Of a DNA stretch of 64,000 bases, positions 25,794 to 33,485 are shown in pieces. A program made the position numbers and the translations under genes. Under the pieces are notes generated by a model that saw nothing but the letters and a program-made list of their open reading frames with translations, did no database searches and was not told the origin of the DNA. Location of the stretch: the sequence record NC_019407.1; one strand, written 5' to 3'. Each line of letters starts with the position of its first letter. Position 1 is the first letter of the stretch.

Positions 25794-26524
25794 GGCTCTC
25801 CCCCTGGTGTCGTTTCGGCGCTTCTAGCCCTCCCAAGCAGAGCCGTCAACACATCAGCGCCACGCCAGACCCAGGATAGGCTCAGAACGAGGTCGCGGTC
25901 CTCATAGGCGGCGCTGCGCCCGGTGATCACCTTGATCGCCGAGAGCGGGCCAAACCGCCAGAAGACGACCGTGCGCGAGTCGTTACGGCCCGGCAGATGC
26001 TCCAGCAGCACGCGACGCTTGATCGCCAAATGCCGCTGCTCCCTGTGGAGGACGAGCGCGATCTTGCGCGTCGGGTCAGACCCGAACCACCGGCGCCAGT
26101 AGCCCGGATTGTCGATGTTCTCGAACAGCCGGCCGATCCGCTTGCTGACGGGGCGAAGCCCAGGCTCGCGCCGGCGCACGCTCAGCGGCGGAAAGGTGCA
26201 AGGCGGCCACTCCGGAAGCAGGCGCAGGCGCAGCCTCCGGAATTCCCACGCCGGCATGGCGTTGTCCTTGGTGTTGTTGCACGCCACGCAGGCCGCCGCC
26301 AGATTGCTCTCGTGGTTCGATCCGCCCTCGGCCCTAGCCTCCAGGTGCTCGATCGTCACCTCGTCGGGCTCCAGCTTGCCGCCGCCCCGGCCGATCCGCC
26401 GGCGATAGGCCATCTGCCCCGTGCAATAGGTGCAGAGGCCACCCGCCTCCAGGAAGAGGCGGTGGCGGCGGTTCGGAGCGGCGGGCGGTAGCGGGTCCTG
26501 GACCAGCACCTCAGATGAGGACAT
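25790..26524 (-). CDS. HNH endonuclease (Zn-binding McrA/HNH_5 type)
   Basis: CTYC...TIEHL.AR.EGGSN..SNLAAAC.ACN..K. Confidence 0.82.
   Translation of the reverse strand: MSSSEVLVQDPLPPAAPNRRHRLFLEAGGLCTYCTGQMAYRRRIGRGGGKLEPDEVTIEHLEARAEGGSNHESNLAAACVACNNTKDNAMPAWEFRRLRLRLLPEWPPCTFPPLSVRRREPGLRPVSKRIGRLFENIDNPGYWRRWFGSDPTRKIALVLHREQRHLAIKRRVLLEHLPGRNDSRTVVFWRFGPLSAIKVITGRSAAYEDRDLVLSLSWVWRGADVLTALLGRARSAETTPGGEP
25796..25863 (-). promoter_or_regulatory. Conserved promoter for ACP, inside the HNH gene 3' end
   Basis: TGGC-N6-GTGTTGACG-N17-TAGAAG-N7-ACGACAC-CAGGGGAG. Confidence 0.78.
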
Positions 26525-26957
26525 AGCCGTCCTTGCCGTTGTCGAAGATCAGATCGGAGAAGCGCAGCGTCTCCAGGGCGGTGTTGAAGGCCGCCTCGGA
26601 GCCGCCCACCCGCGCCCAGACCGTGCGTCCGCCCATGACGACATGGAAGAGGTCCGGCGCCGTCTGGGACCGCACCACCGAGGCGGCGTTGTCGACCAGC
26701 ACCCGATAGGCCGCGCCGGCGACCGTCAGGCGGTCGCGCGTGTCGAGCAGGCCCAGACCCCGCAGGTCGGCGAGATAGTCGCTCAGCCCCTGCACCGTGA
26801 CGCCGGCCGCCAGGGCAAGCGTGGTCGGGTTGTTGTTGGCGCCCAAGGCCTTAAGGACCTCGACCCGGCGCAGGATCGCCTCCTCGCGGGTCTCGACCTC
26901 GATCTGGTCGTCGGTCTTCTGGGCGCCCTGAATGGTCTTGCGCAGCGGTTGCAGCAT
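26511..26957 (-). CDS. Winged-helix-like protein, 148 aa
   Basis: TTLALAAGVTVQGLSDYLADLRGLGLL...LTVAG. Confidence 0.65.
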   Translation of the reverse strand: MLQPLRKTIQGAQKTDDQIEVETREEAILRRVEVLKALGANNNPTTLALAAGVTVQGLSDYLADLRGLGLLDTRDRLTVAGAAYRVLVDNAASVVRSQTAPDLFHVVMGGRTVWARVGGSEAAFNTALETLRFSDLIFDNGKDGYVLI

Positions 26958-26966
26958 GGTCGATCC

Positions 26967-27350
26967 TTAACGAATGAGGCTCCAGGCCTCTTGGGTTTTG
27001 CCGTAGGGTTCGGGGAAGATATAGCCCCGGTGGTGGAGGTCGGCCAAGATCGCCTCGGTGTGCGGAAGGTAGGCCTCTTCGCTCCCGGTATAGGGCGTCT
27101 CCTGGTTCCTGGCTCGCCAGAAGAGGCGGTGGTTCAGCCGCAGAGCCGTGCGCTCGAACGCTCGGCGCGGATTGATCTCGCAGGCCAGGATGTGGCAAAT
27201 CCAGCCCGCCTCGGTGTGGCGCACCCGCCCGCCCTGCAAGGCGAAGAAGCCCTCGTCCTTAAGCGCCATGAACTCCGCCTGGAGTTCCGGCAGGAAACGC
27301 ACGAGGCGCCCGAACGCGTCATGGAAGACGACGACGCGGCGATCATACAT
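26967..27350 (-). CDS. Hypothetical protein, 127 aa
   Basis: Coupled ORF. Confidence 0.6.
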   Translation of the reverse strand: MYDRRVVVFHDAFGRLVRFLPELQAEFMALKDEGFFALQGGRVRHTEAGWICHILACEINPRRAFERTALRLNHRLFWRARNQETPYTGSEEAYLPHTEAILADLHHRGYIFPEPYGKTQEAWSLIR

Positions 27351-27702
27351 CGGCTTGATAGCCCAGGAACGGGCGCAGAAAGCCCATCAGGTCCTTGTCG
27401 ATGCGGATCGCCTTGAGTTCCGAGCAGCGGGCGTTCTCGGCGACGGTGCGCAGCCACTTCGCCCGCTCGTAATAGGTCGGGGCATGATCCCACCAGCGAT
27501 AGCTGCTCTGGCGGATAGCCTCGGCTTCCTTCTCGGTCGGCGGACGTCGCTTGAAACGCCACCACGGCCCGTCCTGGACGGTGTCCACCGTCATGATCTT
27601 GGCCAGGGTCTCGTTGCGGGTCGCATTGCCCAAGGCCTGCGCTTCCTCGGCCGCCTTGAGAGCGGCTTCGAGCAGGACGAGGCGATCGACTTCGGCGGAC
27701 AT
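27343..27702 (-). CDS. Hypothetical protein, 119 aa (MSAEVDRL...)
   Basis: ATG 2 nt after the upstream stop. Confidence 0.65.
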   Translation of the reverse strand: MSAEVDRLVLLEAALKAAEEAQALGNATRNETLAKIMTVDTVQDGPWWRFKRRPPTEKEAEAIRQSSYRWWDHAPTYYERAKWLRTVAENARCSELKAIRIDKDLMGFLRPFLGYQADV

Positions 27703-27704
27703 GC

Positions 27705-27974
27705 TCACTTCAGCTTCTCCCCAATATAGACGTCCAGGAACCGCGCTTGCGCATCTTGGTCCTGGAACATCCAGATCGCGTACTTGGTGCGCGGGAACGG
27801 CTGGCGGAAGAACTCCACCGGGCCAAGGAGGTCCTTGGCGCCGTGCGGCGTCGGCGCGACCAGCGGCGTCTTGACCACGAACGGGAAGCGTTCGAGGCGC
27901 TTGATCACCGCCATCGAACAGTCGCGCTCGCGCGTCGTCTTTTCGGGCAGGTCGCGGGTCCAGGTCGTGGTCAT
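27705..27974 (-). CDS. Hypothetical protein, 89 aa
   Basis: Coupled ORF. Confidence 0.65.
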   Translation of the reverse strand: MTTTWTRDLPEKTTRERDCSMAVIKRLERFPFVVKTPLVAPTPHGAKDLLGPVEFFRQPFPRTKYAIWMFQDQDAQARFLDVYIGEKLK

Positions 27975-28273
27975 CAGGCTTGCACCTCGAAGGCGTTGAT
28001 CTTGTGGGCGTCATACCACCAGCGCCGGCCCTGACAGGCCTTGCAGGTGACGTCGTCCCAGCCCTCGGCGAAGGCGAGGGGCTTGAGGGTATGGGCCGGC
28101 ACCGTCTTGATCGTCGAGCGCACCCCGCCGTTCTTCAGGTAGGCGGTGCGGCCATGGACCGTCTCGGGCACGGCGATCGTCTTGTCCGGCGACCAGCGAT
28201 TGCAGACCGTGTAGCGCCCTTCGCCGCCGTTGCGGAACGGGCGCGGGGCATGGGCGGTGGCGGGCTTAGACAC
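27974..28273 (-). CDS. Hypothetical protein, 99 aa
   Basis: GGAGAAGG SD; C-terminal VTCKAC. Confidence 0.65.
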   Translation of the reverse strand: MSKPATAHAPRPFRNGGEGRYTVCNRWSPDKTIAVPETVHGRTAYLKNGGVRSTIKTVPAHTLKPLAFAEGWDDVTCKACQGRRWWYDAHKINAFEVQA

Positions 28274-28424
28274 GGGCCTTCTCCGAGGTCCGGATGATCA
28301 GGGCGACCAGCAGGATCGCGATGATCACCGCCGTCGTCATCGGAGGCTGGCGATTGTAGCCGTCGATGAAGCCAAGCACGGTCCCCGCCAGCATCGCCGC
28401 CCCATAGGCGCTCCAGAACTTCAA
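28266..28424 (-). CDS. Small membrane protein, 52 aa (TTG start)
   Basis: TTGA overlap; two hydrophobic segments. Confidence 0.6.
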   Translation of the reverse strand: MKFWSAYGAAMLAGTVLGFIDGYNRQPPMTTAVIIAILLVALIIRTSEKARV

Positions 28425-29008
28425 GCCTCGATCTCCTCGAACCGTCCATCCATGAATTCGGCCTCGCGCCGACCCCACATCTGGCCCTCGGCGTCGAGGT
28501 AGGTCAGCAGGGTCTCGTCATCGAGCACCGGGGTCTCGCACTGGATGCGGATCGTCCCGACCAGGGCGTATTCGCCGCCGCGCTTCTTGTGGCGGAAGCG
28601 CCGCATGCCGCGCGGAAGCTCCGCCAGGAAGGCCTTCAGGGCGTCCGCCACCTTGGCCACGCCATGCGGGAAGTGCGAGCCCGGCCCGCGCACCCATTGA
28701 TAGATCGTCGCCAGGGCGAAGCGCCCGGCGGCGATCTCGCCGGTGGGGTCCTTGCGGATCATGTCCGGCGCGTAGTCTTCGAGGTAGTTCGTCCCGAGGA
28801 TCGCCATGCAGCGGGCCTCCTCCACCGAGGTCGGCAGACGCAGATGATCGCGGTCCAGGCGGTCGGCCTCGGCGAGCGATTTGATCACCCCGACCAAGAT
28901 CGCCGCCTTCTCGGCGTGCCATTGCCGTCCGCCCGGCTCTGGGGCGCGCTCGGCGTGGTAGAGGTGGTAGTCCAGTATCTCGTGGACGTCTTCGCTCTGG
29001 CGGGACAT
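28421..29008 (-). CDS. Protein with a C-terminal DUF1653-like (SH3-like) domain
   Basis: RRFRHKKRGGEY..VG......ET.V.Y......W.R...EF..RF. Confidence 0.72.
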   Translation of the reverse strand: MSRQSEDVHEILDYHLYHAERAPEPGGRQWHAEKAAILVGVIKSLAEADRLDRDHLRLPTSVEEARCMAILGTNYLEDYAPDMIRKDPTGEIAAGRFALATIYQWVRGPGSHFPHGVAKVADALKAFLAELPRGMRRFRHKKRGGEYALVGTIRIQCETPVLDDETLLTYLDAEGQMWGRREAEFMDGRFEEIEA

Positions 29009-29011
29009 AAG

Positions 29012-29080
29012 GTTCCTTCCGTTGTCGTCACCCGCGACACTAGATGGTCGCGGGTGCGCGTGTCAACACTTCACGTCAGA
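29012..29080 (-). promoter_or_regulatory. Conserved promoter whose -10 sits in the loop of a perfect 10-bp inverted repeat
   Basis: GTGTTGACA-N18-TAGTGT; CACCCGCGAC/GTCGCGGGTG at 29029-29056; ACGACAACGGAAGGA. Confidence 0.82.
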
Positions 29081-29586
29081 GCTAGACGGCGACGATAGAA
29101 CAGGCGCCGGCCGTTGAAGAACAGACGGATGCGGAATTCCTCGTCGAGGGTCCCGATGTCGAGGCTAAAGCCCAGGAGGCCCAGGCTGACATAGGCATGG
29201 CGCCCGAAGCTCCCCGGAATGGCGTCCATGCCGCCGGCGACGAACCGGATGAGCCAGAGCCAGCCCAGGTCGAATCGCTTGAAGCCCTGCCATTCGATCG
29301 AGCGCCAGGAGAAGCCGCCGCCCAGCAGGGTGATGTCGATGTCCAGGTTCCAGCCGTCGGCCAGCGGATCGCGGCGGCGGTGGTAGCGCAGGCGAAAGAA
29401 GCCGCCGTCGAGGTCGAAGTTCGGGATCACACCCAAGGCCAGACGGCGCAGACGCGCCAGGACGTAGCCGACCGGGAAGATCACCAGGGCGTAGAGACTC
29501 AGGAGGAAGACCAGGGCCACGGCGCACCACAGGCCATGCCAGAAGAACCCGAGCATCATCCCAAGCTTTGGCGAATGGTCGGGCAT
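29071..29586 (-). CDS. Membrane protein, 171 aa
   Basis: N-terminal TM segment; AAGGGG SD. Confidence 0.65.
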   Translation of the reverse strand: MPDHSPKLGMMLGFFWHGLWCAVALVFLLSLYALVIFPVGYVLARLRRLALGVIPNFDLDGGFFRLRYHRRRDPLADGWNLDIDITLLGGGFSWRSIEWQGFKRFDLGWLWLIRFVAGGMDAIPGSFGRHAYVSLGLLGFSLDIGTLDEEFRIRLFFNGRRLFYRRRLALT

Positions 29587-29588
29587 GG

Positions 29589-30227
29589 TCAGGTCCCCTT
29601 GGCGAAGTCACCGGCCCGGCCGATGACATGGAAATAGGCGTAGGCCTCGCCGGGCGTATGCCGGTCGCGATTATCGACGACCGGGAGGTCCTCGGCGTAG
29701 CGGGCGAACCACGCGGCCTTGCGCGCCGCCCAGGCGGCGGGGTCCTCGTCGTGATCCCAGCCGAACAGTCCGCGCCCGTTTTCCCGACCCTTGCGCAGGT
29801 GGGCCACTGGCTGGTTGGTCCCGATGTAGCGGGTGTAGGCCTCGGGCGCTTCGCCGTGCTGGGTCGGGCGGCCGTCGCCATGGTGGTCGACGAAGGCCAG
29901 ATCGTTTTTGGAGAGGTCCTGGGCGATCCAGCCGCGACGGTCCTTGACGAAGGGATCGACCAGGATGGTGATCTCGCGATAGATGTTCGCGCCGACGATC
30001 ATGGCCCAGGCCTCGTCATCGGCGCGTTCCTTGCCGCCATCGCGCAGGGAGATCAGGTAAGCGCAGCCGTCCTGGATGGACTTGCCCTCCAGGAGGGCCG
30101 CCCAGTTCATGCAGATGTCGCCCCACTTCTTGGCGGCCAGGACGTCCCAGGCGGTGCGCTGCTTGGCGTCGCGCTCGTAATAGACCCTGGCGGCGTCGCG
30201 CAGATGATCGGAGAAGGTCTGGATCAT
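29589..30227 (-). CDS. Hypothetical protein, 212 aa
   Basis: Coupled ORF; codon bias. Confidence 0.75.
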   Translation of the reverse strand: MIQTFSDHLRDAARVYYERDAKQRTAWDVLAAKKWGDICMNWAALLEGKSIQDGCAYLISLRDGGKERADDEAWAMIVGANIYREITILVDPFVKDRRGWIAQDLSKNDLAFVDHHGDGRPTQHGEAPEAYTRYIGTNQPVAHLRKGRENGRGLFGWDHDEDPAAWAARKAAWFARYAEDLPVVDNRDRHTPGEAYAYFHVIGRAGDFAKGT

Positions 30228-30520
30228 CAGTCGACCTTCGGTTCGCGCTTGAAGCGGCCGTTCTCGTCATAGCGGTCCGGGTTGGCGCCGGGGGCGTGGA
30301 AGCCCGCCATCGAGCCGATCTCCATGGCCGCGCGCTGCGCCGGCGTGACGCCCATGCGCTGGTTCATGGCGGTGACGGCGGCCTCGCCCTGGACCCCGTA
30401 GTCGGTCGCGTAGTAGCCGGTCTCATCCTTCTTCAGGATGACCGTCTCGCCCGTCTCGATGTTGATCGAGTAGCAGAGGTCGGGCAGGGCCGCGAGATTG
30501 ATCTGGCGTTGGGTCAGCAT
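30227..30520 (-). CDS. Small protein resembling a domain seen in conjugative-element proteins
   Basis: LPDLCYS...TGE.VILK.DETGYY...MNQRMGVT.AQ..AMEIGSM.GF..PGA.P..YDENG. Confidence 0.75.
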   Translation of the reverse strand: MLTQRQINLAALPDLCYSINIETGETVILKKDETGYYATDYGVQGEAAVTAMNQRMGVTPAQRAAMEIGSMAGFHAPGANPDRYDENGRFKREPKVD

Positions 30521-30523
30521 GGA

Positions 30524-30592
30524 GGCCTCCTTGTTGTCGTCGAGGATGGCTTTTAGCCGGCCCAGGTCACGTTGTCAACACTCGACAGCCAA
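30524..30592 (-). promoter_or_regulatory. Conserved promoter
   Basis: TTGGC-N6-GTGTTGACA-N17-TAAAAG-N9-ACGACAACAAGGAGG. Confidence 0.88.
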
Positions 30593-30895
30593 GTAGACGT
30601 TGCGGCGCGGCTCATAGGGGAGATCGTTGGCGATCGCCATCAGCCAGCCGGCGTGGCAGCGCTTGGGAGCGCAGTGGCAGACGAGATGGAAGCCCTTGAA
30701 GTTGGCCTTGACCCAGGCGACGAACGCCTCGTCCTTGGACTTCAGGGCGATGTACTTGTCGATCACCGTGTCGCGATCGCCATCCTGACCGATGCGGAAC
30801 TCGTTGCCCGCCGGGGTCCCCCGGCCGACGTACTTGGACATCGGCGGGAGATGGCCTGGGAACTCGCTTCGGCTGAGAACGCGCAGTTCGATCAT
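30575..30895 (-). CDS. DUF4326-like protein
   Basis: YVGRGT..GNEF.IG.DGDR..VI.KY...G..LVCHCAPK.CH..WL. Confidence 0.78.
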   Translation of the reverse strand: MIELRVLSRSEFPGHLPPMSKYVGRGTPAGNEFRIGQDGDRDTVIDKYIALKSKDEAFVAWVKANFKGFHLVCHCAPKRCHAGWLMAIANDLPYEPRRNVYLAVEC

Positions 30896-31530
30896 GCCGC
30901 CCGGCTCTCCACGTAGTCGGCGAGGATCGCCAGGGTGTCCTCGGCCGAGGTGTGGAGGATCGAGAAGCCCCCAGCCCGGTTCCAGGCCACGCAGTTGGCG
31001 ACGCGGTCGTCGATCAGGATTTGGTGGTCGGAGTGCTTGCGGTGCATGAATTCCTGCTTCTTGGCCGAGGTCGTGCAGATGAAGCGGTGGTCCTCGATCC
31101 GGATGCGATCGGGCACCATGCCGGCCACGGCCTCGTCCCCGGAGAACATCTTGGCGAACGCCTCGGGCAGAAGCGTCTCCTCGATCCAGCGCCGCTTGCC
31201 ATAGGCCGCGCCCAGCCAGTAGGGGTGGATCAGGAAGTCCTCGTCCGTCGCCCCGAACTTGGGTGAGGCGGTCAGGATGATCGGATCGGCCTCGAACACC
31301 GCCGTGTAGAGGTCGACGGCGCCGGGCATGAACGGCAGGGTCTCGAAGAAGTTCGTGCCCTCGATCTTGCGGTACATCCCCTGCTTCCAGAGGTTGGCTT
31401 CGTCGTCCATCGCGTGGCTCGACTTGTTGTACTCGGGATCGGGCTCAAACCCGAGCCGGCGGATGCCCTCGTCGAAGTCGGCCAGGACACCGTCCATGTC
31501 GAGATAGATGGCGAAGTTCTTCAGGTTCAT
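30892..31530 (-). CDS. HAD-family 5'(3')-deoxyribonucleotidase (NT5C-like)
   Basis: IYLDMDGVLADF, ILTA.P, K..W, LIDDR..N...W..AGG..I. Confidence 0.85.
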   Translation of the reverse strand: MNLKNFAIYLDMDGVLADFDEGIRRLGFEPDPEYNKSSHAMDDEANLWKQGMYRKIEGTNFFETLPFMPGAVDLYTAVFEADPIILTASPKFGATDEDFLIHPYWLGAAYGKRRWIEETLLPEAFAKMFSGDEAVAGMVPDRIRIEDHRFICTTSAKKQEFMHRKHSDHQILIDDRVANCVAWNRAGGFSILHTSAEDTLAILADYVESRAA

Positions 31531-31532
31531 GG

Positions 31533-31730
31533 TCACTCCGGAAATTGCGCGTGCAGCCCCATGGCGATGCGCGCCAGTTCGTAGGCGGTCTTGGTCTCCA
31601 ACTCGCAGGTCGGCGTGCGCTCGATCTTGAGTTGGTCGCTCATCATGTGGATGGCGTGGATGATGTCGCTCTTGCGCCTCTTCTCGTAGTAGCGGTGCGA
31701 CGCGGTGGCGCGGATTTCGACGATCGCCAT
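31533..31730 (-). CDS. Hypothetical protein, 65 aa
   Basis: Start overlaps the upstream stop at 31730. Confidence 0.6.
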   Translation of the reverse strand: MAIVEIRATASHRYYEKRRKSDIIHAIHMMSDQLKIERTPTCELETKTAYELARIAMGLHAQFPE

Positions 31731-31999
31731 CAGTCCGCGAACTCCCAGGACAGACACAGTTCGCGAGCCACCGAGAGACCGTCATCGGGCAGGTAGGTCG
31801 CGCAGAGCCGTTCGGCGGCGATCTGGGCCTCGGCCTTTTGTTCCAATTCCCTGGAGACGGGCTGCGAGCGTGGCATCCGGATCGTAATCCATCCCGACGC
31901 CGTCCCCGTGTCGTAGCGAGACCCCACCGGCTTGACGCCGGTAATCTCGTGGACGATCGCCCGCGCGCGGGCGCCCTTTTGCCGCTTGGTGAGTTCCAT
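31730..31999 (-). CDS. Hypothetical protein, 89 aa
   Basis: GGGGGA SD. Confidence 0.6.
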   Translation of the reverse strand: MELTKRQKGARARAIVHEITGVKPVGSRYDTGTASGWITIRMPRSQPVSRELEQKAEAQIAAERLCATYLPDDGLSVARELCLSWEFAD

Positions 32000-32001
32000 G
32001 T

Positions 32002-32388
32002 TCAGTCCCCCAGGCCCTGCATGGCGTTGTCGCGACTGTCCTCGGCGTCGGGCCGAGACGCCAGGGCCGCCAGAAGGTCAACCGAGAGGTGGCGGTTGTA
32101 GATCGCCACGCCCTTATATTTGAAAAGCTCGCTGGCTTCGTGGATCAGAGCCCGCTCAACCGCCGCCCAGGCCGTCTGGACGATCTCGGTGTCGGTGGCG
32201 TAGTAGGAGAGCTTCCACTTGCGCCCCTTCCACATCTCCGGCTCACCGGTGACGGTGTTGACCCCGTCCTTGCAGACGATCTGGAGCCAGACCTCGGTGC
32301 GGCTGGTCCCGAGTCGGAACTCGAAGCCAGGATAGCTCAGGCGGTCGACGATGGTGCGGATCGATTGGGCGCTGCGACGATTCGCCAT
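32002..32388 (-). CDS. Conserved phage protein of unknown function
   Basis: WKGRKWKLS..AT..EIVQTAW.AV.....HEA.E.F.YKG..IY..H. Confidence 0.78.
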   Translation of the reverse strand: MANRRSAQSIRTIVDRLSYPGFEFRLGTSRTEVWLQIVCKDGVNTVTGEPEMWKGRKWKLSYYATDTEIVQTAWAAVERALIHEASELFKYKGVAIYNRHLSVDLLAALASRPDAEDSRDNAMQGLGD

Positions 32389-32390
32389 GC

Positions 32391-32852
32391 TCAGGGCCTC
32401 GACTTGATCAGCTTCTTCTTGCGTCGGGGCGGGCGCGGCGCGAGCGGGAAGCCGTGATCCGCGTACACGGGTTCGGGCGGCGGGGCGGGGAGGTCCGCCG
32501 GGCGTTCCAGGCTAAAGGCGTCCGCGTCGAGGTCGTAGATCGACACCCGATCGCTGTAGCCGTAGCGGTTGTCATGGTAGGTGATCCCGACGTCTCCCAG
32601 GCTGGAGACCATGATCACCCGGCAGGCCTTGCCCTTGTAGCGGCCGTAGAGCTTCGGCATGAAGCCGGCCTCCTCGATCGCCAGGGTCTCGGTGGCGTTG
32701 CCGGCGTTCAGCGCCAGGAAGCCCCGCACGATGGCCGGCAGCTTGTAGTCGCAGATCGCGCGGCTGTTGCTGACCTCGTAGGGCATGCCGATCTTGCCCT
32801 CCATCAGGGCGCCCAGGACCTCGGCGTCGCTCAGGGTTTCAGTCTCGGCCAT
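32391..32852 (-). CDS. Hypothetical protein, 153 aa
   Basis: Codon bias; coupled ORF. Confidence 0.7.
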   Translation of the reverse strand: MAETETLSDAEVLGALMEGKIGMPYEVSNSRAICDYKLPAIVRGFLALNAGNATETLAIEEAGFMPKLYGRYKGKACRVIMVSSLGDVGITYHDNRYGYSDRVSIYDLDADAFSLERPADLPAPPPEPVYADHGFPLAPRPPRRKKKLIKSRP

Positions 32853-33108
32853 AGGTGATCCTGTACGGGAGCCCGCCGACGCAGATTTTCCCGCGTCGGC
32901 CGTCGGCGGTGGTGAAGCGGAAGCCCTGGCGGTTCTTGGTGCCGGCGCAGGACCACCATGCGCGGTGGAAGCTGACGACCTCGACGCCGGTGTCGCGCTC
33001 GACCAGATGTCGAGCGTGACGCCCCTCCCAGGTGTAGGCCCAGACCCCGATGGCGAAGAAGACCAGAGTCAGGGAGCCATAGATGGCCCCTTTGACATAG
33101 TCCCCCAT
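32839..33108 (-). CDS. Small membrane-anchored protein
   Basis: N-terminal TM segment. Confidence 0.65.
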   Translation of the reverse strand: MGDYVKGAIYGSLTLVFFAIGVWAYTWEGRHARHLVERDTGVEVVSFHRAWWSCAGTKNRQGFRFTTADGRRGKICVGGLPYRITYGRD

Positions 33109-33485
33109 CAGGCCGCCACGAGCCCGGTGATCACGTCGGTGACGATGCGGCGCTTCTCGGCCGGCATGCCCGCCAGCGCCAGGATCGTCTTGGCGCCGAT
33201 CTCGGCGACGGCGGTCTCGACGTCGGCCCGGCCGTCGGTCAGGAACGCCGGATCGTCGACCGGCGGATAGAAGTGCCCGATGTCCTTCTTCAGGAACTGA
33301 GCCGCCTCGTAGAGCTTCGAGGACGAGATGCGGTTATGCCCGCGCTCGTATTTCTGGACCTGCTGGAAGGTCACGCCGATCGCCTCGGCGAGTTGGCCTT
33401 GCGAGAAGCCGGCCGTCTTGCGGGTGTCGCGCAGCTTGCGCCCCACATAGACGTCGACGGGGTGCGGGGTCTTGTCGTCAGCCAT
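33108..33485 (-). CDS. XRE-family HTH transcription factor (alphaproteobacterial StaR/Rtr-like)
   Basis: HPVDVYVGRKLR..R...GFSQ.QLAEAIGVTFQQVQKYERG.NRISSSKLY; AGGAGG SD. Confidence 0.88.
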   Translation of the reverse strand: MADDKTPHPVDVYVGRKLRDTRKTAGFSQGQLAEAIGVTFQQVQKYERGHNRISSSKLYEAAQFLKKDIGHFYPPVDDPAFLTDGRADVETAVAEIGAKTILALAGMPAEKRRIVTDVITGLVAA

